DNA of 64,000 nt from an uncultured Dorea sp. (lineage in GTDB: Bacteria > Bacillota > Clostridia > Lachnospirales > Lachnospiraceae). The stretch spans positions 29,370 through 93,369 of the forward strand of contig CAJUAM010000002.1 in assembly GCA_910584615.1 (NCBI GenBank). The letters run 5' to 3'. The position numbers and the translations under genes are program-made. The notes under the pieces are model-generated. The model saw only the letters and a program-made list of their open reading frames with translations, made no database searches and was not told the DNA's origin. Positions 16,416-26,131 of this stretch are shown here, in pieces (position 1 is the stretch's first letter; every line of letters begins with the position of its first letter).

Positions 16416-17187
16416 TTGCTTCATCCTCCTCAACTATCCGCAGAATCTCTTTTACTATTGCTCCATAATCCTTCGCCGGGGCAGATCTTGCAGAATATTC
16501 AAATATATTCATTCCATGGGCAGGCGCCTCCGCTGCTGCCACACCACTGCGCACTACTGTTTTAAACACTTTCGTATTAAGCTGCTTTGCCACAGTTCCC
16601 GCCATCTCAAGTACATCACGTGAAAGCTTCCGTCTCTTTTCATACTTTGTCAGGATGATTCCCATGATTTTTAATCTCGGGTTCACTGACTGCTGTACCG
16701 TCTCATAAGTCTCCTTAAGCTGTACCAGGCCTACCAGACTCAATATCTCAGCAGACATCGGAATAACAAGATAGTCCGCTGCGCTATACCCGTTAAGTGT
16801 CAGGATATTAAATGCAGGAGGGGTATCTATGATTATATAATCATACAGCTTCTCCACTGGTTCCAGAAGTTTTTTAAGCAGCAGATTACGATTTTCACCC
16901 TTAAGGGTAGCTTCCGCGCTGCTTAAAAGTATGTTAGACTGGATGATATCAATATCACTGATCCGGCGAATGATCTCATAGACTGTGGCCTCCCCATTAA
17001 GTCCTTCATATATTGTCGGCCCTTGATCGATATCTACACCAAGACTAAAGCCCATATTTCCTTGAGGATCCATATCTACAGCCAGTACTTTATATCCCCT
17101 TCTTGCCAGTCCGGCAGCAAGCGCGGTTGAAGTGGTTGTCTTTCCGACCCCGCCTTTCTGGTTTGTCAATACGATTGTATGTGCCAC
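16396..17187 (-). CDS. ParA/Soj-family ATPase (orphan, no ParB)
   Basis: Deviant Walker A NQKGGVGKTT, DMDPQGN, IIDTPP, EAPAHG; probable GTG start at 17187 after GGAGG. Confidence 0.9.
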   Translation of the reverse strand: MAHTIVLTNQKGGVGKTTTSTALAAGLARRGYKVLAVDMDPQGNMGFSLGVDIDQGPTIYEGLNGEATVYEIIRRISDIDIIQSNILLSSAEATLKGENRNLLLKKLLEPVEKLYDYIIIDTPPAFNILTLNGYSAADYLVIPMSAEILSLVGLVQLKETYETVQQSVNPRLKIMGIILTKYEKRRKLSRDVLEMAGTVAKQLNTKVFKTVVRSGVAAAEAPAHGMNIFEYSARSAPAKDYGAIVKEILRIVEEDEANGKKDK

Positions 17188-17209
17188 TTTTCTTTCCTCC
17201 ATTTATAAC

Positions 17210-17246
17210 ATAAGCTGACAAGGACACTTCGCCTTTGTCAGCTTAT
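17210..17246 (-). other. Intergenic stem-loop between the EAL-HDOD and ParA genes
   Basis: ATAAGCTGACAAAGG-N8-CCTTGTCAGCTTAT; no clear U-tract. Confidence 0.6.
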
Positions 17247-17256
17247 CCAAGTTATA

Positions 17257-18555
17257 TCATTTTACAGGGCTTTCAGTTTCTAATTTCTCGATTTCCTGCG
17301 GATAATCTATCTCTGTCATCAGACTGTTCCATATTCCATTGACCTCTTCTGCACAGTCTACATAAATCTGGGCGAGACCTTCACTTGATATTCCAAGCTC
17401 TTCTGCATAAGTCTTACATGCCTTCCAATCTGCCTTCTCATAAGCAATCACCAGCTTCTGCAGCGCTCCTGCCATACCACTTCCATCAAGCAGCGCCGCT
17501 TTGATCTCATCCGCCACCGGAATCTCCTCGAGCAATTCAGCTAAAGGTGCATTTACCATATAATCTAATGTTGAAAACATCCCCATCATATACGCATCAT
17601 TAGAAGAAATATCGCAGCCCGACGCTCTTTTTACAAGCTCTGATGCCAGCTTTGCGCGCAGGAAAGATATCTTTAAAATCTCCTCTGATCCTTCGCTCTT
17701 ATCTTTATCAAAACTCAGCATATACACCCAGTGTCTGAGCTGTCCGATTCCAAGTGTGATCAATGCCTGACGTATGGAAGCAGTTCTTGTTCGCAGAGCA
17801 AAGTACGCGGAGTTAACAAGACGCAGCAACGCATATGTAAGCCCCGCATCACGGCTTATAATCTCCTCTACTGCCGCAAAATCCGGCTCATCCTTCGATA
17901 CCGCGATTACAAGCTGGAAAAAGTTACCCTGCATATATTCCACCTTATCAACCTTGGTAATCATAGTATTAGCTATATAGCTTCCCTCAAGATAGTCAAA
18001 ACCAAGCCGCATGGCTGCTTCGTAAGTCTCCTGGGAATTAACTTCCGTAGCCATACATTTTCTTCCAAATCCTTTTGCCATCTCGATGATGTTCTGGACT
18101 GTCCGCTGTTTCTGCATATTCTCCACATACCCGGTCATATTAACCCGTATAAATGAAGCATGATCCAGCATACTGAAATACTTTGGCGTAAATTGGAAAT
18201 CATTGATCGCGAATCTATATCCTGCTTCACAATATTTTTTGATCAGCGGCATTGCCAGCGGATGAATAATCACCGTATCTTCAATCTGAATAATAACTTT
18301 ATCTTTCCCAAACATCTTCGGAGTATTACGGAGTAGCAAGGAAGGTGTAAATGTCACAAACATTAAGCCGTCATTTACGATCTTCGCACTGTTCGCCACC
18401 AAAAAGTCAGAAATCGTATCCGCTGCAGACGCTTCGTTATTATTGTACATACTATCCTTGCCGCCCTGAAAGACCAATTCATAACCAATGATCTTACCTG
18501 TTTTCGTTTCTTTAATCGCTTGTCTTACTACGCATCTATCCATTACGCATCCCAC
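17257..18555 (-). CDS. EAL-HDOD (YuxH/PdeH-like) protein with degenerate EAL domain
   Basis: VVRQAI...GYELVF N-terminus; HDOD region IISRDAGLTYALLRLVNSAYF...GMFSTLD. Confidence 0.85.
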   Translation of the reverse strand: MGCVMDRCVVRQAIKETKTGKIIGYELVFQGGKDSMYNNNEASAADTISDFLVANSAKIVNDGLMFVTFTPSLLLRNTPKMFGKDKVIIQIEDTVIIHPLAMPLIKKYCEAGYRFAINDFQFTPKYFSMLDHASFIRVNMTGYVENMQKQRTVQNIIEMAKGFGRKCMATEVNSQETYEAAMRLGFDYLEGSYIANTMITKVDKVEYMQGNFFQLVIAVSKDEPDFAAVEEIISRDAGLTYALLRLVNSAYFALRTRTASIRQALITLGIGQLRHWVYMLSFDKDKSEGSEEILKISFLRAKLASELVKRASGCDISSNDAYMMGMFSTLDYMVNAPLAELLEEIPVADEIKAALLDGSGMAGALQKLVIAYEKADWKACKTYAEELGISSEGLAQIYVDCAEEVNGIWNSLMTEIDYPQEIEKLETESPVK

Positions 18556-19463
18556 CTAGTCAACAATTCATCCATAACAGTTACAAGATGCCCAATCTCT
18601 GGTTTCGAGAGTTGTTCATCTGCCCCAATTTCTCTTCCCTTAACCTCCATCTCCGGACTGATCAGAGAGGAGAAGATAATAAGCGGAATCTGTTTCAAAT
18701 TGGGATCTGACTTAACCAGCTTTGTAAGCCTGTGTCCATCCATCTTCGGCATCTCAATATCTGTAATGATAAGTGCCGCTTTCTCACGAAGTTCTTCCGG
18801 ATCAGAATCTTTAATAGCATGCAGATAATTCCATGCCTCCTGTCCGTTATTAAACTGGATCAGATTGACATAACCTGCCTGATGGAGCGCCCGTTCAATA
18901 AGCTTCGCCAAGAGTATAGAATCCTCCGCACAGATAATCCTTGCCTCATTTTTAGCACGCTGTCCAAGCGCATCTATCTCTTCTAACTGAATGCTTGTTT
19001 CAGGAGCAATCTCAGCTACAATCTTCTCAAAATCTAATATCGTAACAAGCTCTCCGCCGCACTGGGCGATTCCTGTCGCAACTCCTTCTTCCCCCTTGTT
19101 CAGCGTCTTGTCAGGCTTCTGGATATCATTCCATGAAATCCTCTGAATCCCAACAACCGACTGTACGCGGAATGCAATGTTCATTTTATTAAAATTCGTA
19201 ATAACGAACAGATCTCTTCCCTGCTTTTCTGTCTTCTGTCCCGTCAGATAAAACGGAAGGTCAACTACTGTAAGCATCGTATCACGCGGTTTAAAAATCC
19301 CTTCTACCGATGGGTGGGCATGCGGCATCGGCTTTACTTTATCCGACATCATGATCTCCTTTACCTTTGCCACATTAATACCATATAATTCGCCATAAAT
19401 CATAAATTCCATGATTTCTATTTCATTCGTTCCAGATTCCAAAAGTATCTCTGTATTCGCCAT
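18543..19463 (-). CDS. cheV: Chemotaxis protein CheV
   Basis: ILLESGTNEIEI, YGINVAKVKE CheW domain plus receiver domain ITDIEMPKMDG. Confidence 0.95.
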   Translation of the reverse strand: MANTEILLESGTNEIEIMEFMIYGELYGINVAKVKEIMMSDKVKPMPHAHPSVEGIFKPRDTMLTVVDLPFYLTGQKTEKQGRDLFVITNFNKMNIAFRVQSVVGIQRISWNDIQKPDKTLNKGEEGVATGIAQCGGELVTILDFEKIVAEIAPETSIQLEEIDALGQRAKNEARIICAEDSILLAKLIERALHQAGYVNLIQFNNGQEAWNYLHAIKDSDPEELREKAALIITDIEMPKMDGHRLTKLVKSDPNLKQIPLIIFSSLISPEMEVKGREIGADEQLSKPEIGHLVTVMDELLTRWDA

Positions 19464-19501
19464 AATATGCCATCCCTTCTCTATATATAGTTCTATATTT
19501 A

Positions 19502-19528
19502 ATATCGGCAGAAATCCTTTTTTTTTAA
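19502..19528 (-). promoter_or_regulatory. sigma28 promoter of the cheV / EAL-HDOD / parA-like / ComFB unit
   Basis: TTAA-N15-GCCGATAT on the minus strand; contains an A9 run. Confidence 0.85.
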
Positions 19529-19540
19529 GCCGCGAAAGTC

Positions 19541-20023
19541 CTAAAGAATGATTTCGGGACGGCCTGCGGTACGTATCTTTACACTTCCGTCTTCCGCATC
19601 GATCAGCATTGTCCTTGCATAGTTAAGCCCTACATCTTTTTTCAGAATCCTAATCTGTTCCGTCCTCATAATAGCTTCCACGCTCCTGATATTTCTCTCC
19701 CCAATATTACCGATTCCACCGGCGCCTTTCATATCAAACATCTTGGCGCCGCCTGCGATCTTGCACTGATAGCGCCTCTTAACTCCTCCAAAAGCCCCCA
19801 TCTTGCGCAACATCTCTTGTATTCCCGTATCTGCGAACTTAAAGACATTCATGTCGGACATATTGCCGGCCTCCGGCAACATAATATGAAGCAGCGCTGC
19901 TAGTTTAATTGCCGGGTCATACAAGCTGATGCCTATACAAGAGCCGAGCGCGTATGTAATGAGCACTCCTTCTCTTCTTGCAATCTTCATATCTGCTATT
20001 CCAACTTTTATTTCTTTATTCAT
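19541..20023 (-). CDS. cheD: Chemoreceptor glutamine deamidase CheD
   Basis: TYALGSCIGI, HIMLP, KFADTG, KIAGGA, IGERN. Confidence 0.95.
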   Translation of the reverse strand: MNKEIKVGIADMKIARREGVLITYALGSCIGISLYDPAIKLAALLHIMLPEAGNMSDMNVFKFADTGIQEMLRKMGAFGGVKRRYQCKIAGGAKMFDMKGAGGIGNIGERNIRSVEAIMRTEQIRILKKDVGLNYARTMLIDAEDGSVKIRTAGRPEIIL

Positions 20024-20642
20024 ACGGAGTCACCAGCCTATCCATCAGATAATTTAAAGACTGAATATCAGGAAGCAAAAGTAGATTGCTGTCAACATTC
20101 CTTCCCCCGATGATACATTTGCCTGTAATCATCATCAGTTTATCAGACACATATCCGAACTCTGCCATCGGGACTGTCATGATCCCGCCAAGCATATTTA
20201 CCGAAAAGGCCGGTACAGATAAAGAAATGTCCATATCAGCCAGTTTTGACAGAGAAAGTATGTAGGAGGATATAATGATATTTCCCACCTCGGTCGCTGC
20301 TGAAATTTCCATTTCACCCATTTGTTCGTATCCGTCAATGCTTTCCTGAAGGACGCATTGCAGAACTTCATTAATAAAATCCATTTTCATGAGAAACAGC
20401 ATAACACCACTGACATCTCCGGTCATCTGGACTAACACCCCGGATATCATATCCTCCGGGTGCCCTAACAAGTCCACTGCCTCATTATAGCCAAGTATTT
20501 CCACCTTCGGAACAGTCATCTCAACCCCGGTTTTTAAAAGGCTTGACAGCGCCGTAGCAGCATTGCCTGTTCCGATACTTCCGATTTCCCGCATCATATC
20601 CTTTGCTGTATCATCCATGTCTTCATAACGCGTAATTCTCAT
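20016..20642 (-). CDS. cheC: CheY-P phosphatase CheC
   Basis: EIGSIGTGNAATALS and EVGNII; adjacent to cheD. Confidence 0.92.
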   Translation of the reverse strand: MRITRYEDMDDTAKDMMREIGSIGTGNAATALSSLLKTGVEMTVPKVEILGYNEAVDLLGHPEDMISGVLVQMTGDVSGVMLFLMKMDFINEVLQCVLQESIDGYEQMGEMEISAATEVGNIIISSYILSLSKLADMDISLSVPAFSVNMLGGIMTVPMAEFGYVSDKLMMITGKCIIGGRNVDSNLLLLPDIQSLNYLMDRLVTPYE

Positions 20643-20669
20643 CCTGCACCACCTCTCCTGTCTTTTTTA

Positions 20670-21377
20670 CTATGAGCGCAGACCATTAATTGTCTGCTCT
20701 ATTTCATCCGATGTCTGCACCATCTTAAGTGCATATGTATAAGCCCGCGAAGCAATAACCGTGTCTGACATCTCCTGTGCCATATCCGTATTCGAAAGTT
20801 CCAAATAGCCCTCTAACAGATTCGCGCTGTCCACACGTATTGGATTCCCATTTTTAGGCACCGGCCTGAACTCTGTTGAACCGACAGATTCCATACCATT
20901 CGTATTGGCAAATGTGAATACTCCCGGCTTTCCGGTTAATTCTCCGTTAACATAACGTATTGGATTCCCGTTCCCGTCAAGTACATATTTCTGCGCATCA
21001 CTAAGCAGGTAAAAGTAACCGTCATTGTGCAGGGACAGCGAAAAATTACCTGCACGGGTATATGTGATTTCATTTGTGACCTGATTACGCAGCATAAAGA
21101 ATCCGTCACTGTCCTGGATCGCAAAATTAAAACCGTCGCCTTCTTCCTGTGTTACCCCGTTTGACGAATAGTCCGTATTCGTATGCTGCATACGGACTCC
21201 CGTACCTGTCGTAACCCTGTCCTGGCTATGCATGTTATAATACATCAAATCCATAAATATAGAACTTTTTGATTTGAAACCTACTGTATTTACATTCGCC
21301 ACATTGTTGGATATTACATTTAATTTATCCTGCTCTGTTATCATGCCTCTGGCACCCGAATAAAAAGAAGCATTCAT
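20670..21377 (-). CDS. flgG: Flagellar rod protein FlgG (FlhP-like)
   Basis: NNVANVNTVGFK, YTRAGNF, LELSNTD. Confidence 0.8.
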   Translation of the reverse strand: MNASFYSGARGMITEQDKLNVISNNVANVNTVGFKSKSSIFMDLMYYNMHSQDRVTTGTGVRMQHTNTDYSSNGVTQEEGDGFNFAIQDSDGFFMLRNQVTNEITYTRAGNFSLSLHNDGYFYLLSDAQKYVLDGNGNPIRYVNGELTGKPGVFTFANTNGMESVGSTEFRPVPKNGNPIRVDSANLLEGYLELSNTDMAQEMSDTVIASRAYTYALKMVQTSDEIEQTINGLRS

Positions 21378-21403
21378 CTGTCAACTCACCTCCATACTAT
21401 TCT

Positions 21404-22156
21404 CTAATTGCTGGGTCCGATCTGTACGATCCTTCCCGCAAGCTGATCATACATTTTAAGTACCTGAGCGGAACTTTGAAGCGCTCTCTGTTTTGCCATC
21501 ATCTGGGTATACTCACTAATGACATCTACGTTGGAATCCTCTAAGAATTTCTGTCTTATATACGCATTTACATCCCGCGGCGCTCCTGTCGCTGTAAACA
21601 TATCTCCAGTTGTCTTCTCAAGTTCCGTATCATAATCCTGAAAATCCACAACCCGGATTCTCCCAAAATACTGCCCCGTCTCCTCTGATGTTATATTGCC
21701 CAATGAATCACATGAAATCTTATCTGTTCCCAGATAAATAGGTCCATTCGTACCCAGAACACGGCCTACACCGTCAAGATAAAGATATCCCTGATCATCA
21801 AGAATAAAAGACCCATTCCTTGTATACATGACACCATCAGCTGTCTGAACGGCAAAAAAGCCGCTTTCCTGGAGAGCAAAATCCAGCGAACTTGCGGTAG
21901 GCGTAATCCCTCCCTGCGTATAGTTTGTCACATTACCGTCGCCGGTTACAATGCAATTCATCCTCCCAATCGGGGTAGGATTGCTCTTATCCGTATTTCC
22001 TATCCGATATATTAACTCATCTTGAAATGTTGTCTGTGTAAAGGTGTCTTGTCTGAACCCTGGTGTAGAGATATTTGCCATATTGTTACCAATTACATTC
22101 AAATGCCTTGTCTGCGTCAAAACACCAGACGCCAGATTATAAAATCCTTTAAACAT
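21404..22156 (-). CDS. flgF: Flagellar rod protein FlgF (FlhO-like)
   Basis: NNMANISTPGF, YTRNGSF, LEDSNVD. Confidence 0.8.
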   Translation of the reverse strand: MFKGFYNLASGVLTQTRHLNVIGNNMANISTPGFRQDTFTQTTFQDELIYRIGNTDKSNPTPIGRMNCIVTGDGNVTNYTQGGITPTASSLDFALQESGFFAVQTADGVMYTRNGSFILDDQGYLYLDGVGRVLGTNGPIYLGTDKISCDSLGNITSEETGQYFGRIRVVDFQDYDTELEKTTGDMFTATGAPRDVNAYIRQKFLEDSNVDVISEYTQMMAKQRALQSSAQVLKMYDQLAGRIVQIGPSN

Positions 22157-22943
22157 GAGACCCCTCCTTTCTTTTTGCCCCTATATCCATTTCCTGCTGC
22201 AGATATTCTTTCAATCTCCGGATCGCATTAGCATGGATCTGTGAAATCCTCGGTTCACTTACCTGCATAACTGATGCAATCTCTTTCATATTTAATTCCT
22301 CTACATAATAGAGGGAAATAACAAGTTTTTCTTTTTCCTTCAAAGAATTGATTCCGTCTTTAAGCACTTCCCGGAATTCATTTTCCAAATATTTCTCTTC
22401 AGGCTGTTTCGCGAAATCTAATGACATAAGAGAAGAAACTTTCTGCTTCTCCTGTGTTTCCTCCATCACCATATCCAGAGACAAAACAGAGGACAGATTC
22501 ATCTTTCCCATAACTTCCTGAATCTTATCAAGCTTCATATCCAGCTCTTTTGCAATCTCCTCCATGGATGGCATTATACCACTACTAGCATACATCTCAG
22601 CAGCTTTATCCTGTATCTCTTTAAAACTTTTGCGCACCGTTCTCGGTACCCAGTCTTGTTTTCTGGCAATATCTATGATCATTCCATGAATGCGTCTTGA
22701 CACATAAGTTTCAAATTTCGCATTTTTCCCTGCATCATATTTGTCAAGAGCCTTCATCAGCACGATCACTCCTTCATTAATGATGTCCTCTACCTGGGTG
22801 AATCCAAGATAAACATCTCTCATCTGCACTGCTATACTCTTAACAATATACAAATAACGGAGAGTAAGCTCTTTTTTTATCTCGGCATTGCCTGTAGCCT
22901 GATATAATGCAAGAAGCTCTTCATTTGTTCTGCTATCTTCCAT
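22149..22943 (-). CDS. fliA: Flagellar sigma factor sigma28 (FliA/SigD)
   Basis: DWVPRTVR; LYYVEELNMKEIA...SEPRISQIH. Confidence 0.93.
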   Translation of the reverse strand: MEDSRTNEELLALYQATGNAEIKKELTLRYLYIVKSIAVQMRDVYLGFTQVEDIINEGVIVLMKALDKYDAGKNAKFETYVSRRIHGMIIDIARKQDWVPRTVRKSFKEIQDKAAEMYASSGIMPSMEEIAKELDMKLDKIQEVMGKMNLSSVLSLDMVMEETQEKQKVSSLMSLDFAKQPEEKYLENEFREVLKDGINSLKEKEKLVISLYYVEELNMKEIASVMQVSEPRISQIHANAIRRLKEYLQQEMDIGAKRKEGSHV

Positions 22944-22969
22944 CAGCTTATCTCCCCTCCTTTATCTCC

Positions 22970-25042
22970 CTACTTAGTTATATTACCAATTGCCTGTATC
23001 TGTACGTTGTTAGAAATTTCGTGAAACGACAGAACATAGATTGACGGATAGAACTGCTCAAGCATCCGGTATACATACACACGGATCACCTGACTGGTCA
23101 AGATGATCGGCTCTTGCGACAGGTCGTGGAATTTTTTTACGGCATTACCGATCTGCATTACTACACTCTGCATTACATCCGGCGGAAGCGCCATATAATA
23201 TCCCTGATCGCCTTTTGTCAGACTCGACACCATCATTTTCTCAAGATCCGCATCCAATGTAAGCACCCTCATCTGCCCATCTCTGCAGAATTTACTTGTT
23301 ATCGTTCTCTTAAGTGCAGTTCTGATGTTTTCAATTATCGTGGTCATATCAATCCCTGATGTTGCCGCATCAGAAATCGTCTCCATGATCGTCTCCATAT
23401 CCTTGATCGGAATCCCTTCTTTTAAAAGACTGATCAATATTTTCTGAAGTGTTCCGTATGGCACCATACCCGGAACTACCTCTTCAACAAGACTGCCTGC
23501 GCGCTGCTTTAAGCTTTCGGCAAGCTTCACAACTTCTTCTCTGTTAAGAAGCTCATGTGCATGTCTGCGGATTGTCTCCGACAGATGTGTTACCATAACG
23601 GACAGCGGATCAATAACTGTATATCCATATATCTCCGCCATCTCTTTATTTTCTGGAAGGATCCATTTGCTCGGTATACCATATGCAGGTTCAATTGTCT
23701 CAATTCCATCAATCTCTCCAATAGGCTCATCCGGCTCAAGCGCCAGATAATGATCAACCAGGATCTCTCCGCGTTCCACTTCCTCACCTTTGATTTTGAT
23801 CACATACTGGTTCGTAGTCAGGCTGGAACTATCGCGCAGACGGACGGACGGCACAACAAATCCCATCTCCTGTGCGTATTGTCTGCGGAAGATAACGATA
23901 CGGTTGATCATCTTTCCTCCGCTTCCTTCATCCACAAGCGGAATCAGGCTGTATCCAAATTCCATCTCAATCGGCTCTACACCGATCAGAGCATAGACGT
24001 TATTAATATCTCTGTAATATTCCTCTTCACTCGGCTCATCCGCCGCAGCTTCCTGAGCCGCAAGCATACCCAGTTCCTGCGTCATTGCAGCTTCCGCAAC
24101 CTCTTTCATCTTATTCTGCAGACGATATCCTGTGATCAAAAGCGTTGATGCGAGTACCGCCAGCTGAATTTTGGGCATTCCCGGTACCAGCATAAGAACT
24201 GCCAGTACTCCTCCAGTAAACATGATGGCTCTCGGCTGTGATTTAAACTGTCCGGAAACATCCTCATTCAGACTTCCTTCGGATACAGACCTTGTTACGA
24301 TCATACCTGTGGCAGTGGAAATAAGGAGTGCCGGTATCTGGGATACCAGACCATCACCAACAGTAGCGATAGAATAAACAGAAAGCGCGTCTTCGAGCGT
24401 CATACCTGCCTGCACGATTCCAATGATAAAACCACCGATCAGATTGACAAAAGTGATAACAATGGACATGACCGAATCACCTTTTACAATCTTCGTAGCA
24501 CCGTCCATAGCTCCATAAAAATCCGATTCCCTCTGAATCTTCGAACGTCTCATCTTCGCTTCTTCTTCATTGATCAGTCCGGCGCTTAAGTCTGCATCGA
24601 TCGCCATCTGCTTACCTGGCATAGCATCCAGTGTAAATCGTGCCGCAACCTCAGCAACACGCTCTGCGCCTTTTGTAATAACGATAAACTGTACTAATAC
24701 AATGATAAAAAAGATTACGAAACCGACAACAACATTCCCACGCAGTACAAAAGTACCAAATGCCTGAATGACTTCACCAGACTGTCCCTGATTTGACAGA
24801 ATGTTCCTTGTAGAAGATACATTAAGTCCCAGACGGAACAACGTCGTAACAAGCAAAAGAGATGGGAATGTTGACAATTCCAAAGGTTCTCTGATGTTCA
24901 TGCTGATGATCAGAACAACCATAGAAATCGCAATATTTATAATAATCAATATATCCATCAAAAATGGACTTAAAGGAATGATCAAAAGCAGGACAATGAT
25001 AAGTACAAACACTGTCACTGCATTACTCAGTATTTTCTTCAT
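22970..25042 (-). CDS. flhA: Export apparatus protein FlhA
   Basis: RVAEVAARFTLDAMPGKQMAIDADL, FYGAMDGA. Confidence 0.97.
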   Translation of the reverse strand: MKKILSNAVTVFVLIIVLLLIIPLSPFLMDILIIINIAISMVVLIISMNIREPLELSTFPSLLLVTTLFRLGLNVSSTRNILSNQGQSGEVIQAFGTFVLRGNVVVGFVIFFIIVLVQFIVITKGAERVAEVAARFTLDAMPGKQMAIDADLSAGLINEEEAKMRRSKIQRESDFYGAMDGATKIVKGDSVMSIVITFVNLIGGFIIGIVQAGMTLEDALSVYSIATVGDGLVSQIPALLISTATGMIVTRSVSEGSLNEDVSGQFKSQPRAIMFTGGVLAVLMLVPGMPKIQLAVLASTLLITGYRLQNKMKEVAEAAMTQELGMLAAQEAAADEPSEEEYYRDINNVYALIGVEPIEMEFGYSLIPLVDEGSGGKMINRIVIFRRQYAQEMGFVVPSVRLRDSSSLTTNQYVIKIKGEEVERGEILVDHYLALEPDEPIGEIDGIETIEPAYGIPSKWILPENKEMAEIYGYTVIDPLSVMVTHLSETIRRHAHELLNREEVVKLAESLKQRAGSLVEEVVPGMVPYGTLQKILISLLKEGIPIKDMETIMETISDAATSGIDMTTIIENIRTALKRTITSKFCRDGQMRVLTLDADLEKMMVSSLTKGDQGYYMALPPDVMQSVVMQIGNAVKKFHDLSQEPIILTSQVIRVYVYRMLEQFYPSIYVLSFHEISNNVQIQAIGNITK

Positions 25043-25045
25043 GCT

Positions 25046-26116
25046 TTACTCCATCTTGTTGTTCATCTTATAAACATAAACCAGAACTTCCGCTACCGCG
25101 CCATAATATTCCTGCGGTATCTCCTGTGACAAATTCGTAGAAGCATATATTCCTCTGGCTAACGGTGGGTTTTCAATTACAGCAACACCACTCTCTTCGG
25201 CAACCCGAACGATCCTAAGCGCCAGCTCATCCTGACCTTTTGCAAGAACAATCGGGGCCCCATAACGGTCTGCGTCATACTTAAGCGCGACCGCGAAATG
25301 CGTAGGGTTACGAATAACTACATCTGCTCCCGGAACCGACTGCATCATACGCTCCCTTGCACGCTGCATCTGAATATTGCGGATGCGGTTTTTAATCTCC
25401 GGATTCCCTTCTAACTGTTTGTGCTCTTCTTTTACCTCTTGCTTAGACATCTTGAGTTTTCGCTCGTATTCCCACCATTGATACATAAAATCTACCGCAG
25501 CGATTACAACAAATGCCATACATATCCGCAATATCAGCTTTATCACCATTTCCAGCATAAACATACCAGACATCGTGATATCCATGTCCATCGTTCTCAC
25601 TACCTGGACTAAATCATCTATTATAATATTGTAAATTACAGCAATCAATATTATTATCTTCAAAATGCTTTTAATTAATTCTATCACATTGTGAAGTGAA
25701 AATAACTTTTTTATACCTGAAATCGGATTTAATCGCTTCAGCTGCGGCATGATACTTTTCTTTGAAACAAGAAATCTTGTCTGAACGCCTGTTGCCACCA
25801 CCGACAGTACTACAGAGATCAGAAGAAGCGGTAAGATCGTCTGGACAACTGCCATGACGACCATTCTTGCCATTTCGTTTATCTGTCCCTGACTGGTGCT
25901 TGTCACCGTACCTGCGTATCCGATAAAATCTATCATAAATGCACGGACTGTCTCATAAATCTTTGGGAACATCAGCTTCAATATATAGAAAGAGCCAAAC
26001 AGCGAAACAACTGTAACAACATCCTTACTCTGGAATACATTACCTTCTCTCCGTTGATCTCGCCGCTTTTTAGGCGTGGCTTTTTCGGTTTTTTCACCTG
26101 CATCTCCACCTGGCAT
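25046..26116 (-). CDS. flhB: Export switch protein FlhB
   Basis: EKTEKATPKK; NPTH autocleavage motif. Confidence 0.97.
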   Translation of the reverse strand: MPGGDAGEKTEKATPKKRRDQRREGNVFQSKDVVTVVSLFGSFYILKLMFPKIYETVRAFMIDFIGYAGTVTSTSQGQINEMARMVVMAVVQTILPLLLISVVLSVVATGVQTRFLVSKKSIMPQLKRLNPISGIKKLFSLHNVIELIKSILKIIILIAVIYNIIIDDLVQVVRTMDMDITMSGMFMLEMVIKLILRICMAFVVIAAVDFMYQWWEYERKLKMSKQEVKEEHKQLEGNPEIKNRIRNIQMQRARERMMQSVPGADVVIRNPTHFAVALKYDADRYGAPIVLAKGQDELALRIVRVAEESGVAVIENPPLARGIYASTNLSQEIPQEYYGAVAEVLVYVYKMNNKME

Positions 26117-26131
26117 TCTTTCTCACATCCT

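Noticed and set aside
16396..17187. Chromosome or plasmid partition locus
   Set aside because: No parB, no parS-like palindrome noticed and no replication genes; the gene sits inside a flagellar unit
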